A stretch of 64,000 nt of DNA from contig NC_134028.1 in NCBI RefSeq assembly GCF_964204645.1, positions 20,518,345 to 20,582,344 on the forward strand, in the 5' to 3' direction. Below the pieces are notes generated by a model that was not told the DNA's origin, did no database searches, and saw nothing but the letters and a program-made list of their open reading frames with translations. The translations under genes and the position numbers were made by a program. Shown piece after piece: positions 49,570 to 64,000 of the stretch; the first letter of the stretch is position 1, and every line of letters starts with the position of its first letter. Source of the stretch: Tubulanus polymorphus. Its lineage: Eukaryota; Animalia; Nemertea.

Positions 49570-51897
49570 ATTTATGGATATAATGAAATTGACCCACAAA
49601 GGTCGTATACTGTATTTATTTCTAAATTTACTCATTTATATGATACATGCTTTCCATTTATCAAACGCATGAACGCAAAAACCAATAAGTCTAAACCCTG
49701 GTTAACTACGGGCTTGTTAGACTCTATTAAATATAAAAATCACTTATATAGGAAAACACTTTATAATTCAGATATTGCTTTTAAATCCCGTTATTTAGAA
49801 TATAAGCGATTATTATCACGTTTATTAAAAACTGTTGAAAAAGGTTACTATGATACTCAGTTATTTGGTGTAAAGAATGATATGAAAGCTACGTGGAAAA
49901 TCTTAAAAACAGTTATTGGAAGTAACTCCGTCAAAGAACAACTACCAGCTTCCTTTAAGCTAAACAACGTAACTGTCAGTGGTAGTTTAAACATTGCAAA
50001 TGAGTTTAATACTTTTTTTGTTAATATCGGACATCGTTTAGCAAATATGATCCCCGAGTCTGAAAAACGTTTCAGTTTTTATTTAAATCGTCCTAATAAT
50101 GAAAACTTCTTTTTCTTCCCAACAAACTCGCTAGAAATTGATGAAATAGTAAATAAATTCTCTGGAAATAAAGGTATTGGCATTGACGGGATCTCTATAA
50201 GAATAGTTAAAAGAATTATTGATGTTATTAAATATCCACTTACTCATATATTCAACACAAGGCTTCATTCTGGAGTGGTCCCTGCTGAACTCAAAATTGC
50301 TCGGGTGTGCCCTCTGTATAAAAAAAGGTGAATGCGATTCCTTTGACAATTATCGACCCTTATCTATTTTACCATATTTTTCTAAGATACTAGAAAAACT
50401 CGTTCATAAACGTTTAGTCGCTTTTTGTGATAAATTTGAAATTATTGATCATAACCAATTTGGATTTAGGAAAAGTTACTCAACATCAATGGCATTAACT
50501 CGTATATCTGATGAAATAGCAGCCAATATTGACGAAAGAAAAACAACGATTGGAATATTTTTGGATTTGTCTAAAGCTTTTGACACAGTAAATCACCGTA
50601 TTCTTTTGGATAAACTTGATCATTATGGTATTTAAGGCACAGCACTTAATTGGTTTCAAAATTACTTAGAAGGTCGCAAACAAATAGTCCAGATTAAAGA
50701 TACTAATTCTACCGCTTTAGATATTGATATTGGAGTACCACAGGGCTCCATTTTAGGTCCATTACTATTTATACTATACATAAACGACTGTACTCGTGCA
50801 TCTGATATCCTAAAGTTAATTTTATTTGCTGATGACACGAATGCTTTCTATAGTGATCATCTCGTTGACCGCCTGATAAAAACGATCAATACTGAACTTT
50901 CGAAACTAGTTGTTTGGTTTGGTGCCCACAAGTTATCAATTAATATCAGTAAAACTTATTATATATTTAGTAAAACTTTTGTTGGTAATACAAAGATTTA
51001 TATCGATGATCGTGAAATTGAACGTGTCCACACTACCAATTTTTTGGGGGTTTTAATAGATGAAAAACTGTCATGGGATGATCACATAAAATCTGTATGT
51101 AAAAAAGTGTCACGTTGTGTTGGCGTTCTTCATCGTGTTAAACACAAGTTGTCTTCCAATTCTTTACGTACCTTGTATTTATCCTTAATAGACCCGTATC
51201 TTCAATATTGTAACATTGTTTGGGAAAGAACTGCTGATTATAAACTGCATCCATTAACAATTCTACAAAAACGTGCTGTCCGTTTGGTCAGCAAATCCCA
51301 TTATTTAGAACACACTGATCCTATTTTTGCTCGGTTAAATATACTCAAAATTAAGAATATTAACAAACTCCAACTAGCTATTTTTGTACATAAATTCGTC
51401 AATTCAAAATTGCCTCGGACCTTTCACACTTATTGGAACTTCAATTATCAAATTCATAGTAAACCTACGCGTAATAGATTTAGAATTAGATTGCCTTATT
51501 TTAGAACTGTAACTAGAAAATCTTCTGTCAAAATATCCGGTCCCCTATTATGGAATACTCTATCCGAATCAATTCAAACTATTCAAAGCGAACCTGCCTT
51601 TAAGCGTACCTACATTAAATCATTATTCAACACTTTGTACATTTTCATTCTATACAAACCTATGTTAATGTGTAATATGTGAAACTTTTTTTTTCTTTTC
51701 GCCTGTTAATTACTTGTGTGCATGATGTGTGAGTGTGATGAATGTGGTGTGGATGCTTCTGGGTGATACGGCTTAGATAGACTGTTTCAGTCTCTCCGTG
51801 TAGCCCCATTATCCTGTTACATTTTTCTTCGTCTAATCATACTTATTATATCGTTCAATAATGTAACATCGTAATGAAAATAAATTTCAATTTCAAT
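49570..51897 (+). mobile_element. 5'-truncated CR1/L2-type LINE, duplicate of 5800-8120
   Basis: ORF fragments 49525-50331, 50219-50635, 51044-51682; shares the YGI* stop and the (TTTCAA)n tail. Confidence 0.93.
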
Positions 51898-51919
51898 ATA
51901 TTGACGTAATGGGCCTGTA

Positions 51920-53898
51920 TTAATGAATAAGTTCCTTTTCTGAGTTGTAAGCAGCGCTGTTTGGACGACCGGTTTTAGGGATTAGATTCATCCAATAATC
52001 TCTACCGTGTCTGCAATAAATAAAAGAGCATGATATATAAAGCGATGCTTCCGCGCAATATGGATACTGGTATAAAAACGTCAGGATTATCCGGCTATCG
52101 GTTTACTTTTGACGATCATATTCATGTACACTCTGTCCATATCCAGCCGCGAATGGTAAATTATGATCTTTTCCGGGTTGTCTGAATCCTCGTTCCTCGG
52201 ATAACTGTAATCAATATAATTATAATGTTAATTATCATGCGAATGGATTTCTCAATGTGATTTGGATATCGAAATGCAATGCAACATTTTGTGTACAAAC
52301 TTCTTCAGCCATTTCACGAATATGATAACTCTCGAATCCGCAACATCCTCCGATGTATCTCACTCCAAGTTCATAAGCTCTACGGGCATAATCTCTACAT
52401 TCCCAACGAGTAAGAATGCGTGGTTCCATCGCTGAAAATGAAAAAAGCATCTAAATACACAGGTATTAGCTATTTCAATGTCGAGACGATCGAAATGTTA
52501 TTTCAGCTCACCTAACATACACTCGGGTAAATGAGAATATCCTAGATACTCAGTTTCAGGAGAAAGGAATCCGATTGGCTGCATCATCAGAAATGGAGAT
52601 AAACCAGCTTCATTCAGGGCATCTTTCATCAATTTCATCGTTTTCAGTTGCGCGTTATGATCAAACTGGCAATTTAAACCCACAATATCGGCCCCTGGGT
52701 GATTGAAAACAAACACATACGATTATGATTTAATAATCTTTGCACGACATTGAAACATTTTTGAAAAATAACGAATATTAAGAGGGATGTTTCTTGAGTG
52801 GAGGCATGATTTTACACCTCGTTTAGCCATTCTAACTGCACACTCTCCTGCACTGATTCCATCCATACACCCAACTGGGCCTATTCTCATCGTACACGCT
52901 ATAGGTTTGTTGTATTTCTTCATGACATCAATCGCCCACTCCATCTCTTCGATTGAACAGAAATACTGGATTCGAAAAATACATGTATACATTCGACAAT
53001 ACAGTGCTACACAAATGTTCGATTTGTTGATAGTGAAATTCCAATGTAAAATACCAATGAATATCATCCTAGTCTTGAATAACAGATGCTTACCTCCGCT
53101 ATAAAGAAATCGACATCCTTTTCTTTGAACACTTGGCATTGCTTTTCGAATTCTGCTTGAACTGCTGCCTTCCCTTTTCCAGCTGTATATGTCGGTGTAG
53201 GCGACAAACCTCCGCAAACTAGTAGATTGTATGATGTGGCAACATTACGTGCAAGATCGCACGCCGCGTGGTTTATTTCAGAGGTCTAAGATAAATACAT
53301 TATAAATATGTACATCATTACCAAAGCACTAACCATTCAGTACAATTTGTATGACTGAATAGTTGAATAAGAGTGAGATAGATAAAGACCACAACCTACG
53401 TTATAATTTTTGGCCGACTCACTACATTGAAGCATTCCATCCGTCGCGTGAATGGTGAATGCTTGAATTACATCAGCTCCAGCTCGAGCAAATTCTTTAT
53501 GTAAACCACTGACTGAAAAATGGCAAATTAATGATTTTTCTTTTATCGGCGAATCCCAGTTTTGACTTGAAGATAACCCAACGGGTATTTTATAGGACTT
53601 TTTTCCTGGCAGATGCCTCGTAGTTCGTCATTGTTTAAATTCAAAATGATGCCCACAAAACTATAGATTTTTTTGCAGGCAGGAAGGTGTGCTAAAATTG
53701 ATCGGGTAAAGTTGGGCTGTGAATAGAATAAGTCACAAACATGTAAAACCTACCGGCGTCAGGATGTTCTAGAACGCATTCAGGAGTATACAGCCCAGCA
53801 GTCACATATCCTCTTTTTTCGAATGTATTCATGTAACTACCGTCGCCAATGATTATGCGTTTTGCTAATATCTCCAGTATATTCGGTTTAGCTGCCAT
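51920..53898 (-). CDS. BHMT: Betaine-homocysteine S-methyltransferase-like protein, copy 2, open (8 exons, ~365 aa)
   Basis: All exons splice in frame with GT-AG. Zn ligands GLNC and GGCC present; ends [25 protein letters not shown]. Confidence 0.92.
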
Positions 53899-54863
53899 AT
53901 CTAGTATTTTGCAAATAAGGCCACCTTGAATCGTTTAACGTTTGACAAAGATTTCCAAACTGGCCTATGAATTTTACAGAAAACACATTTTACTATTAGG
54001 TCAACCATCGTTGTCCCATTTGATGGTTATAGAAATTGATTGCCTTGATATACATGTCACGCGTATATTCTGTTGTTGTTGTATGAGGTTCCGTCTAGGC
54101 AACTTGAATGAGAGTTTTGATGTATATCAAATCATTAACTGGACCGTTGCCATTGGGAAATAGATTTCCCCCAAAAGTTGCACCTGTTCACGGTGACGAA
54201 TATCCGCGATATCATAAGCTGAGATCCTGCCCTTTCTGATGATATCGACGAACACTATCAAGTCCATTCAATTTGCTTGATCATGTACAGAGGTTTATTA
54301 AGGTTTTTATTGGTTCATACGAAATTCCTGGATGCTGCGGGGACCTGCTGTTTGAGGGATGATTTCTCAAGGATTCTAGATTTTGGCAATTTGGTCGGAA
54401 GCCTTCATGAGTTGATAATTATATAATGTGTTTTTGTACGATATAAATTAGTTGCATCATATCTATAGAACTAATTACTGGATGTAATTAATCTATACCG
54501 CTGTTAATTCGTTGCTGATTTCAATATGTCAATTAGATCTTAATCGATTTACTCAATTACAATAATTAGAACAGCATTGAATTAGTTTACCTTCACAGAA
54601 GTCGAAAACGTGTAATTAAGTAATTAATGTCAGTCGCCAGTGTTTTATTAATGAGATGTGCTCCTCTCTCACGTGTCGGGTTTGAGTGACAGATGATCCC
54701 GGTATAAAACAATCCGATGCGACATCAACAAATCAGTTCAGCCAATGACTAGTCATCATCATCACTTTCATTGGATTAGCGGATAATCAGTAAGCGCGGG
54801 ATTAACGAATTAACATTCAATCGATGATTTACGGATTACCACTCATAGGATTTAAAGATTACA

Positions 54864-58172
<3,309 letters not shown>

Positions 58173-60438
58173 AACGGGCGAGATCCTACATAATGATAAA
58201 ACCTGTTCTGAAAAAATGTTGACTTTAAGATTAGTAAAAAAATTCAGAAAGATTTAGTGAAAAAAATGTTTGTGTCTAGTGGAAAAATTATTGATATGAT
58301 AATTGATTCTTGGTGTTCTTTTTTCTGTTGCTGCTGCTGCTGTTGTTGATGTTGTTGTTAATTAAACTTTTTATTTCAGAGTTTTTGCCATTTAAGGATT
58401 TATAGTCATTTCGTAGAAAATGTAGAATATTTCTATATTTTTTTTGGCATTGTTTTCAATGTCTTTATCTCTAACATTGCTCAACATATATATATACTGT
58501 ACGATTTTGTTATCATATTGCGACTTTGTTTTGCAGGTTGCAATTAGTATGTTTTTGTAAATTTTTGTATTTTTATATAATTCTTTAACTCAAATTCAAT
58601 GTCTTGACGTTTGTAATGTTACAACTTTTATATACTGTGCTCTAATAATGAATTTAGATTGTATTGATTTGTTACTAAAATATCTGGTTTTTTCAGGATA
58701 ATGTAAATAATCGTATGTTTTTATAACATTTGTTTGAAATAAAACATTTGATATCATTTATAAACAATTTGTCGTCAAACTTCACTTATCCGCAATATCA
58801 GCATCGTGTCTTGAGTAGGGTGGTGATACTCGAACATCCCCGGGCGCGGTCGCAAAAAGGGAATTGTAGAAATTTTAACTAGTTTTTTCTTTTGAAAGGC
58901 AAATCAAAATATAAGTGGAACACAGCGAACTTCACGGGACCAGAAAATATGTTCATTATAACCGATAGTTATAACTAGTATGAAATCGATAACATTCTCT
59001 TACTTGGAACGGAATTCTTCATATTTTTGTTGTCAACCGAGTTCGAAATAACGAGGTTCCACTGTATTTCTGAATGCATTTTACCAGCCTTTGCCCCTAA
59101 AAACTTTAGAAATCAAATCATGAAAATAATGTTCAAGTTCGATCTCCTGCTGTGTATGCCTGTTTAACCAAACAATTCTCATCGATGAGCAGGGGTTTTA
59201 TTACAGGGATGCATATTTGATATTGTATATTTCATTTTGTCAGGGGTCGCCGGTCGTTACAGGGCGCCCACAACTTGCGAGGGTCGTGTATAGCTATTAT
59301 TGTACATGCCGGGGCCACCAGTTGTCCTCGCGGGATATATTCTGCCGAATATTGAATCAGCCGTAAACATTCAACTTATCTGGAAAATATCTTCAAAACT
59401 TATCAAAAATATCTGGACTCACGTGAAAATAAGGTAGCCACTTTAAACAGATGTGGAACGAAACAAAATATGAGAGATAGGAATTGAGCTAATTTAAGCC
59501 CCATCAATTTATCTATAGACCATTCTGAAAAAATGGGATACAACGAATATCAATTAGCTTCAAACACCTGCAAAATCAATTCGTTCACTTCGCAAATCTA
59601 CAATAGACGAAATGCTCGCGCTTAAATGATTTCAGCATTTTCAGATCGAGTCATTAAATCAGATTTGATATTCAAAAGCAGCTAGGATGACTTGTATTCT
59701 GCGAGATACTTTGATAAATATCAACAGTTCGATTGACACATGTTTATGGGATTCTAAGTCAAACGACTGCATTGAGTTCGGGCTTAAGTTATTTCTATGC
59801 GGTATTTTGTCTCCGAAAGCTCCTCTATCAAAAAGGAATTAAGTCTGGTATATATAAACAGAGATGAAAATCTAAACATTTAACTCTCATCGAAAGCTTT
59901 TCGACTTGTCACAGAGTGAAAGATTCCGTAAGTAGATATATGTTCTTTGTTTTTAGTTTTACTGTATTTTTGTTGAAAGTGTAGCATTCAATCCTTAGTC
60001 AAATTATAGAAAATAGAAAGATTGGCCAGTTTGTTTGACTACATCTACCTATCATAGAATCGAAAGTGTAGTTGTTAACATATTTAACACCATTGGTAAA
60101 AATGGCAAATTCTATTCTACAAGAGGGAATACATTACATGTATATTGGTAACTAATGACTTGGTTTAATGTTGACCTCATCATTCAGTGACCTAATATCA
60201 GTGCAAATGAGTCAACCCCTGATCAACACCGCCCCCATATCGGTCATTTTGATTTTTTGGCGAGTATAGGGTATGTCGTTATTTCAAAGGCTGATTTTGA
60301 CCAGTTTCGAGACAAATTATCTGTTCCGTTCTCGACAGTAAACCCGGCTTCAGACGGGATTGGCGGTATATCGGGGATTTACTGTATTTTCTAAATGATA
60401 ATAATCTGGAATTCATTGATTACAGACGAATCGGTAAA

Positions 60439-60678
60439 ATGAAATTGTCGGCAGTTTTTGTGTTGTGTTTTTTACTGGTGGTCGCCGTTACTGGTGATCA
60501 AATAGAACGAGCTCTCCGAGACGCTGAGACTGCTGGACACGATCCGCTGGAGTTGATGGAGGCCAGACGAACCGTTCAACTGATGAAACGAGGATGGTTC
60601 AAGAAACTCTGGAAAGGAATCAAGAAACACTGTTCTATTGGTTACAACCGAGGCTTCACAGCTCAATGCAGTGGTTAG
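60439..60678 (+). CDS. Antimicrobial/cytolytic peptide-like prepropeptide, 79 aa, copy 2
   Basis: One nucleotide difference from copy 1 (F3L in the signal peptide); same TATA, UTR intron and AATAAA (60713). Confidence 0.88.
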   Translation: MKLSAVFVLCFLLVVAVTGDQIERALRDAETAGHDPLELMEARRTVQLMKRGWFKKLWKGIKKHCSIGYNRGFTAQCSG

Positions 60679-60801
60679 AATAATGAAATATGCTAAAACA
60701 TTTAAAAACATGAATAAATGTTAATCGAGCAGCAATTGAATGCACCTTGAGTTTATTCAAGTCTATACTCTGTTATGGTACCCAAAAGATTGGTTGACGG
60801 G

Positions 60802-60810
60802 CAGACAGAA

Positions 60811-60854
<44 letters not shown>

Positions 60855-60855
60855 G

Positions 60856-60895
<40 letters not shown>

Positions 60896-60910
60896 GGCAG
60901 GCAGGCAGGC
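60802..60910 (+). repeat. (GACA)n/(GGCA)n microsatellite inside a ~350-bp segment absent from copy 1
   Basis: Seen directly; copy 1 joins the flanks at ~22975-22985. Confidence 0.9.
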
Positions 60911-62103
60911 CGATGCCATTGTCATGCATTTCAGTTTGCACGGAGAGGTAAACGCAATAGTCCACTCAGGCTAAAGAGACAAGAAGTATCTTAATATTTG
61001 TAACGGTGCTATAAATTTATTACAAGGAAAATAAAAAAATCCTCCTTATGTATTTTGGTAAAACTAATCATATACAGTAGGAAGAGACCGAGTCACACCA
61101 TGCCCACTTGGGAAGTGGTTTCAGATGCTCAACAATCATAACAATTTCAATATTCAACGCCCCCTGGTGACCATATACAAAAACCAATGATCTTAAAACT
61201 CACAATCATAGAACATGTCAGCAGCTACGATTTTGTAATTGATTGTGATATCAAAATATGCCTAAGTACCAGTATATTATGGAAATGCTAAGTATTCTAC
61301 TCTTCAACGCCCCCTGGTGACCATATGCAAAACCCAATAACATCGAAACTCACCACAATTATAGAACATGTCATGAGCTACAACGGGCGCAAAAACGAAT
61401 ATTATGGAGCCAAAAATCAAAGAGCAAAATCGAATACTTTTGTTTTTGCACTTATTTCGTTTTTGCGCTATATTTCGTTTTTTTCTCTCATACTGATGGG
61501 CCCTTGGGGGATTCATGCGAAAGATCAAGGTAAATGATTTAAGCGTCTTCAAAATTTCCCTCAAAATCTTCAGAAATGTGTGAAAAGTGCTGATTTTGGC
61601 GAACAACAATGGCTGCGCCAGTAGGCCATCTTGATTCTGCCAAGGCCGGTTTTTGGGCTCAAGATGTGTCTAGGGTAGATAGTATAGTATAGTAGTTTAT
61701 TTGTCACCATCAATATGTACAAATGAAAAATAACAAAATAGGATACAGACAATGAGGTGGCCGGAGTCTGACTAGATACACGTGCAACACAAATATCAAG
61801 ACATTACATTGAAGCGTCTTTGAAACTTCCAAAAATAACTGGATTCCGTCTACGAGTAGAGACGTGAAAGTTCGAAACATAGGAGCATTGTGTCCACGGG
61901 ACTGCCCTAGAAAGTAGGGACAGATGGGAAGGGTCGATACGGGAACATGGTGTCCAAGGGGCTGTTTAGAGAGTAGAGAACCTGACTAGAACAGCGCGTG
62001 GTCCTACGAGAAAGACAAGTTTATCAATCATATTTGATTTATTTTTCCGAAAAATTCATACAGTTATCTTGACTTTGAAGAATTGCGTTTGAATTGATTA
62101 ATG

Positions 62104-62600
62104 TTCAGTTCAGTTGAGTTCAGTTCGGTTCAGTTCAGTTGAGTTCAGTTCAGTTGAGTTGAGTTCAGTTCAGTTCAGTTCATAAGTTGTTGCGGAATAA
62201 CCCTTACGGGTCTAAAGCAAATTTATATTACAGAAAAATAACTCGAGAGTGCGCATTAAGTTTAAACTATATATTGTCAAAATACATATCGGAGCCGCTT
62301 GATTCTTGATAATACGTAGCTAATAACACAACAAATTTAACGATGCAGAATATTCTCAATTAGCAAGTAACGGGCTGGACGAAACTTGTAGATACAATAC
62401 AAAGTTAAAACGCGTAGATATCCTCACCGACTGTAACCCAGTGTCGGTCTAATCTATTTTTGAAACAGTTTAAGGACGGAGCACATACGACATCTGACGG
62501 AAGATTGTTCCAACGGCTAAATATCCTACGTGTATAAAACGATTGTCCCACTTTCCATAAAGATCGAATCACGTTCAGTTTATACTGGTGACCACGGGTT
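62104..62600 (-). mobile_element. CR1 3'-end fragment with (TGAAC)n tail, specific to copy 2
   Basis: TRGHQYKL...WNNLPSDVVCAPSLNCFKNRLDRHW is a typical CR1 ORF2 end; empty site at ~23825-23830. Confidence 0.88.
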
Positions 62601-63473
62601 AAAATGGCAAAATAAAAAATAAGCAAAAAGCCCCCAAAACGTGAATTTTGAGAGATTTGAATCGAGAAACTCGATTTGTAGAAACCTAATATTAAACTCG
62701 TGTCATTCATCGAATATTTAATTACAGTAGGAAAGTGTCATTCAGTTACCAGGTGCCATTTTCAACGGGTCCCGCATTGTCGCGCAGATTTTAACATGTT
62801 CTAAACTAAAACCTTTAGTGCGATTAATTGTCGTCCATCCCTCCTTAGGCACAAAATCTAAACTTATGAATCGTTAGAAAGTTGACAATTTTTTTCTGAT
62901 TGTTTATTTCATTTTTCTCGGCTGCAACAATCGGATACAAAAAAGATGCGTCACTTTTAAGAAGGCGCCTCAAAAAAGTTGGTAATTCTGTGTCATTGTC
63001 TGTAACTTTTTAACTTTCTGAGATACAATTTAGAATTTTTCAAGATAGAGTTTCATCTGAGGATTTTGTTTATACTGCATTCGTAAAACTATCTTCATAG
63101 AAACGCGCGTGGCCACGGGTTGATCAGTGCAAAGCGTGCAAGTGGTCGACCGTCGATTTTCTGCATACGCGGGTTAAGCTATTTTTACGGCAATTTTCAA
63201 ACTTTTAAAGATTTTCAAGATCAAAATTCCATGTTGAATTGCTCAGCTCATATATAAATGGTATATAGTTAATTTGTATTTGCGACACACCTCTACTAGG
63301 TCAAGGTCGGTGGAGACTAATGATGGCGGCTTGTCAAAAAACTGAAAATTTTCACTTTAAAGACGATTTTACAGCTTGATGAGAATCAGTTGATACGACT
63401 GGTATTCACAGTTTGACTGAGGCCCAGTTGTCCCCGGCCCTTATTATGAATAAGCAAAAAATAAACAATTTCA

Positions 63474-64000
63474 GACTTATTTCCCGTTCGCATTGCTTTG
63501 TGGGAGTTTTTATAACAGTTGATTTACAGTCGGGCTCAGTTAAACCTCGTCTCAAAAGAGAACCACTGTCGCAGTATTTAATACCGTATGCCTTCAGGTT
63601 TAATTCACTCGTCTGTAAGAAATATCTCGGCGGACAGGAATGTGAAAAATGGCGTTCGTTGCCGGACAGCCAGACACAGCTGTCAGTGACAGCCGGAAGA
63701 CACGCCCACACATCGGTCACACCTACAGGTATCAGCTCTCTTATTGAATATGTCAAGTTGAAACAAATCTTTTTTCTGGCGTTTCTAAACTGTTTAATTG
63801 GTTTTCTAACGCAGATGAACCGAATTACTCGTTATCGTTGAGATTGGGGTCTCGTAAAGTTGTTTGAGTGGAGGACTGGGAACCAAGAGGTCCCTAGATC
63901 GAAACCACATCTGGCTGTCCAGACACATGCATGGACTAAGCTCTGGTAACTCTGTCAGGTTGTGAGCCATTACAACCTATAAAAAGGCCTTGGTCGTCTC
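63474..64000 (+). pseudogene. Class B GPCR fragment plus SINE, duplicate of 24643-25170
   Basis: Direct sequence match; CKKYLGGQECEKWRS. Confidence 0.6.

Noticed and set aside
60740-60994. QTDR-repeat and VCLS-repeat ORFs
   Set aside because: Translations of the (GACA)n microsatellite.

Overview
AT-rich, intron-containing animal DNA, probably an invertebrate and possibly a spiralian (that assignment is inference). The window holds a tandem segmental duplication: 1-25170 recurs at 43773-64000 with indels. Each copy carries a head-to-head BHMT-like gene (-) and BMPER/crossveinless-2-like gene (+), plus a two-exon antimicrobial-peptide-like precursor (mature GWFKKLWKGIKKHCSIGYNRGFTAQCSG). The first copy's BHMT and BMPER are disabled and the second copy's are open; the peptide gene is open in both. 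The main unexplained system is invisible in the ORF track. It is a spliced family of ~113-aa secreted, two-cysteine, probably helical proteins (6 copies plus 1 fragment; 3 fully open in the window). The genes sit as divergent pairs in multi-kb palindromes with 20-bp minisatellites upstream; the palindrome spacer is flipped between pairs and the arms look homogenised. Also present: class B GPCR N-terminal pseudogene fragments, a near-intact CR1/L2-type LINE inserted in a Myb/SANT ORF remnant, truncated LINEs, a tRNA-derived SINE, three long-TIR DNA transposons and a 35-bp TIR-only insertion. All gene models were spliced by eye and no database searches were run.
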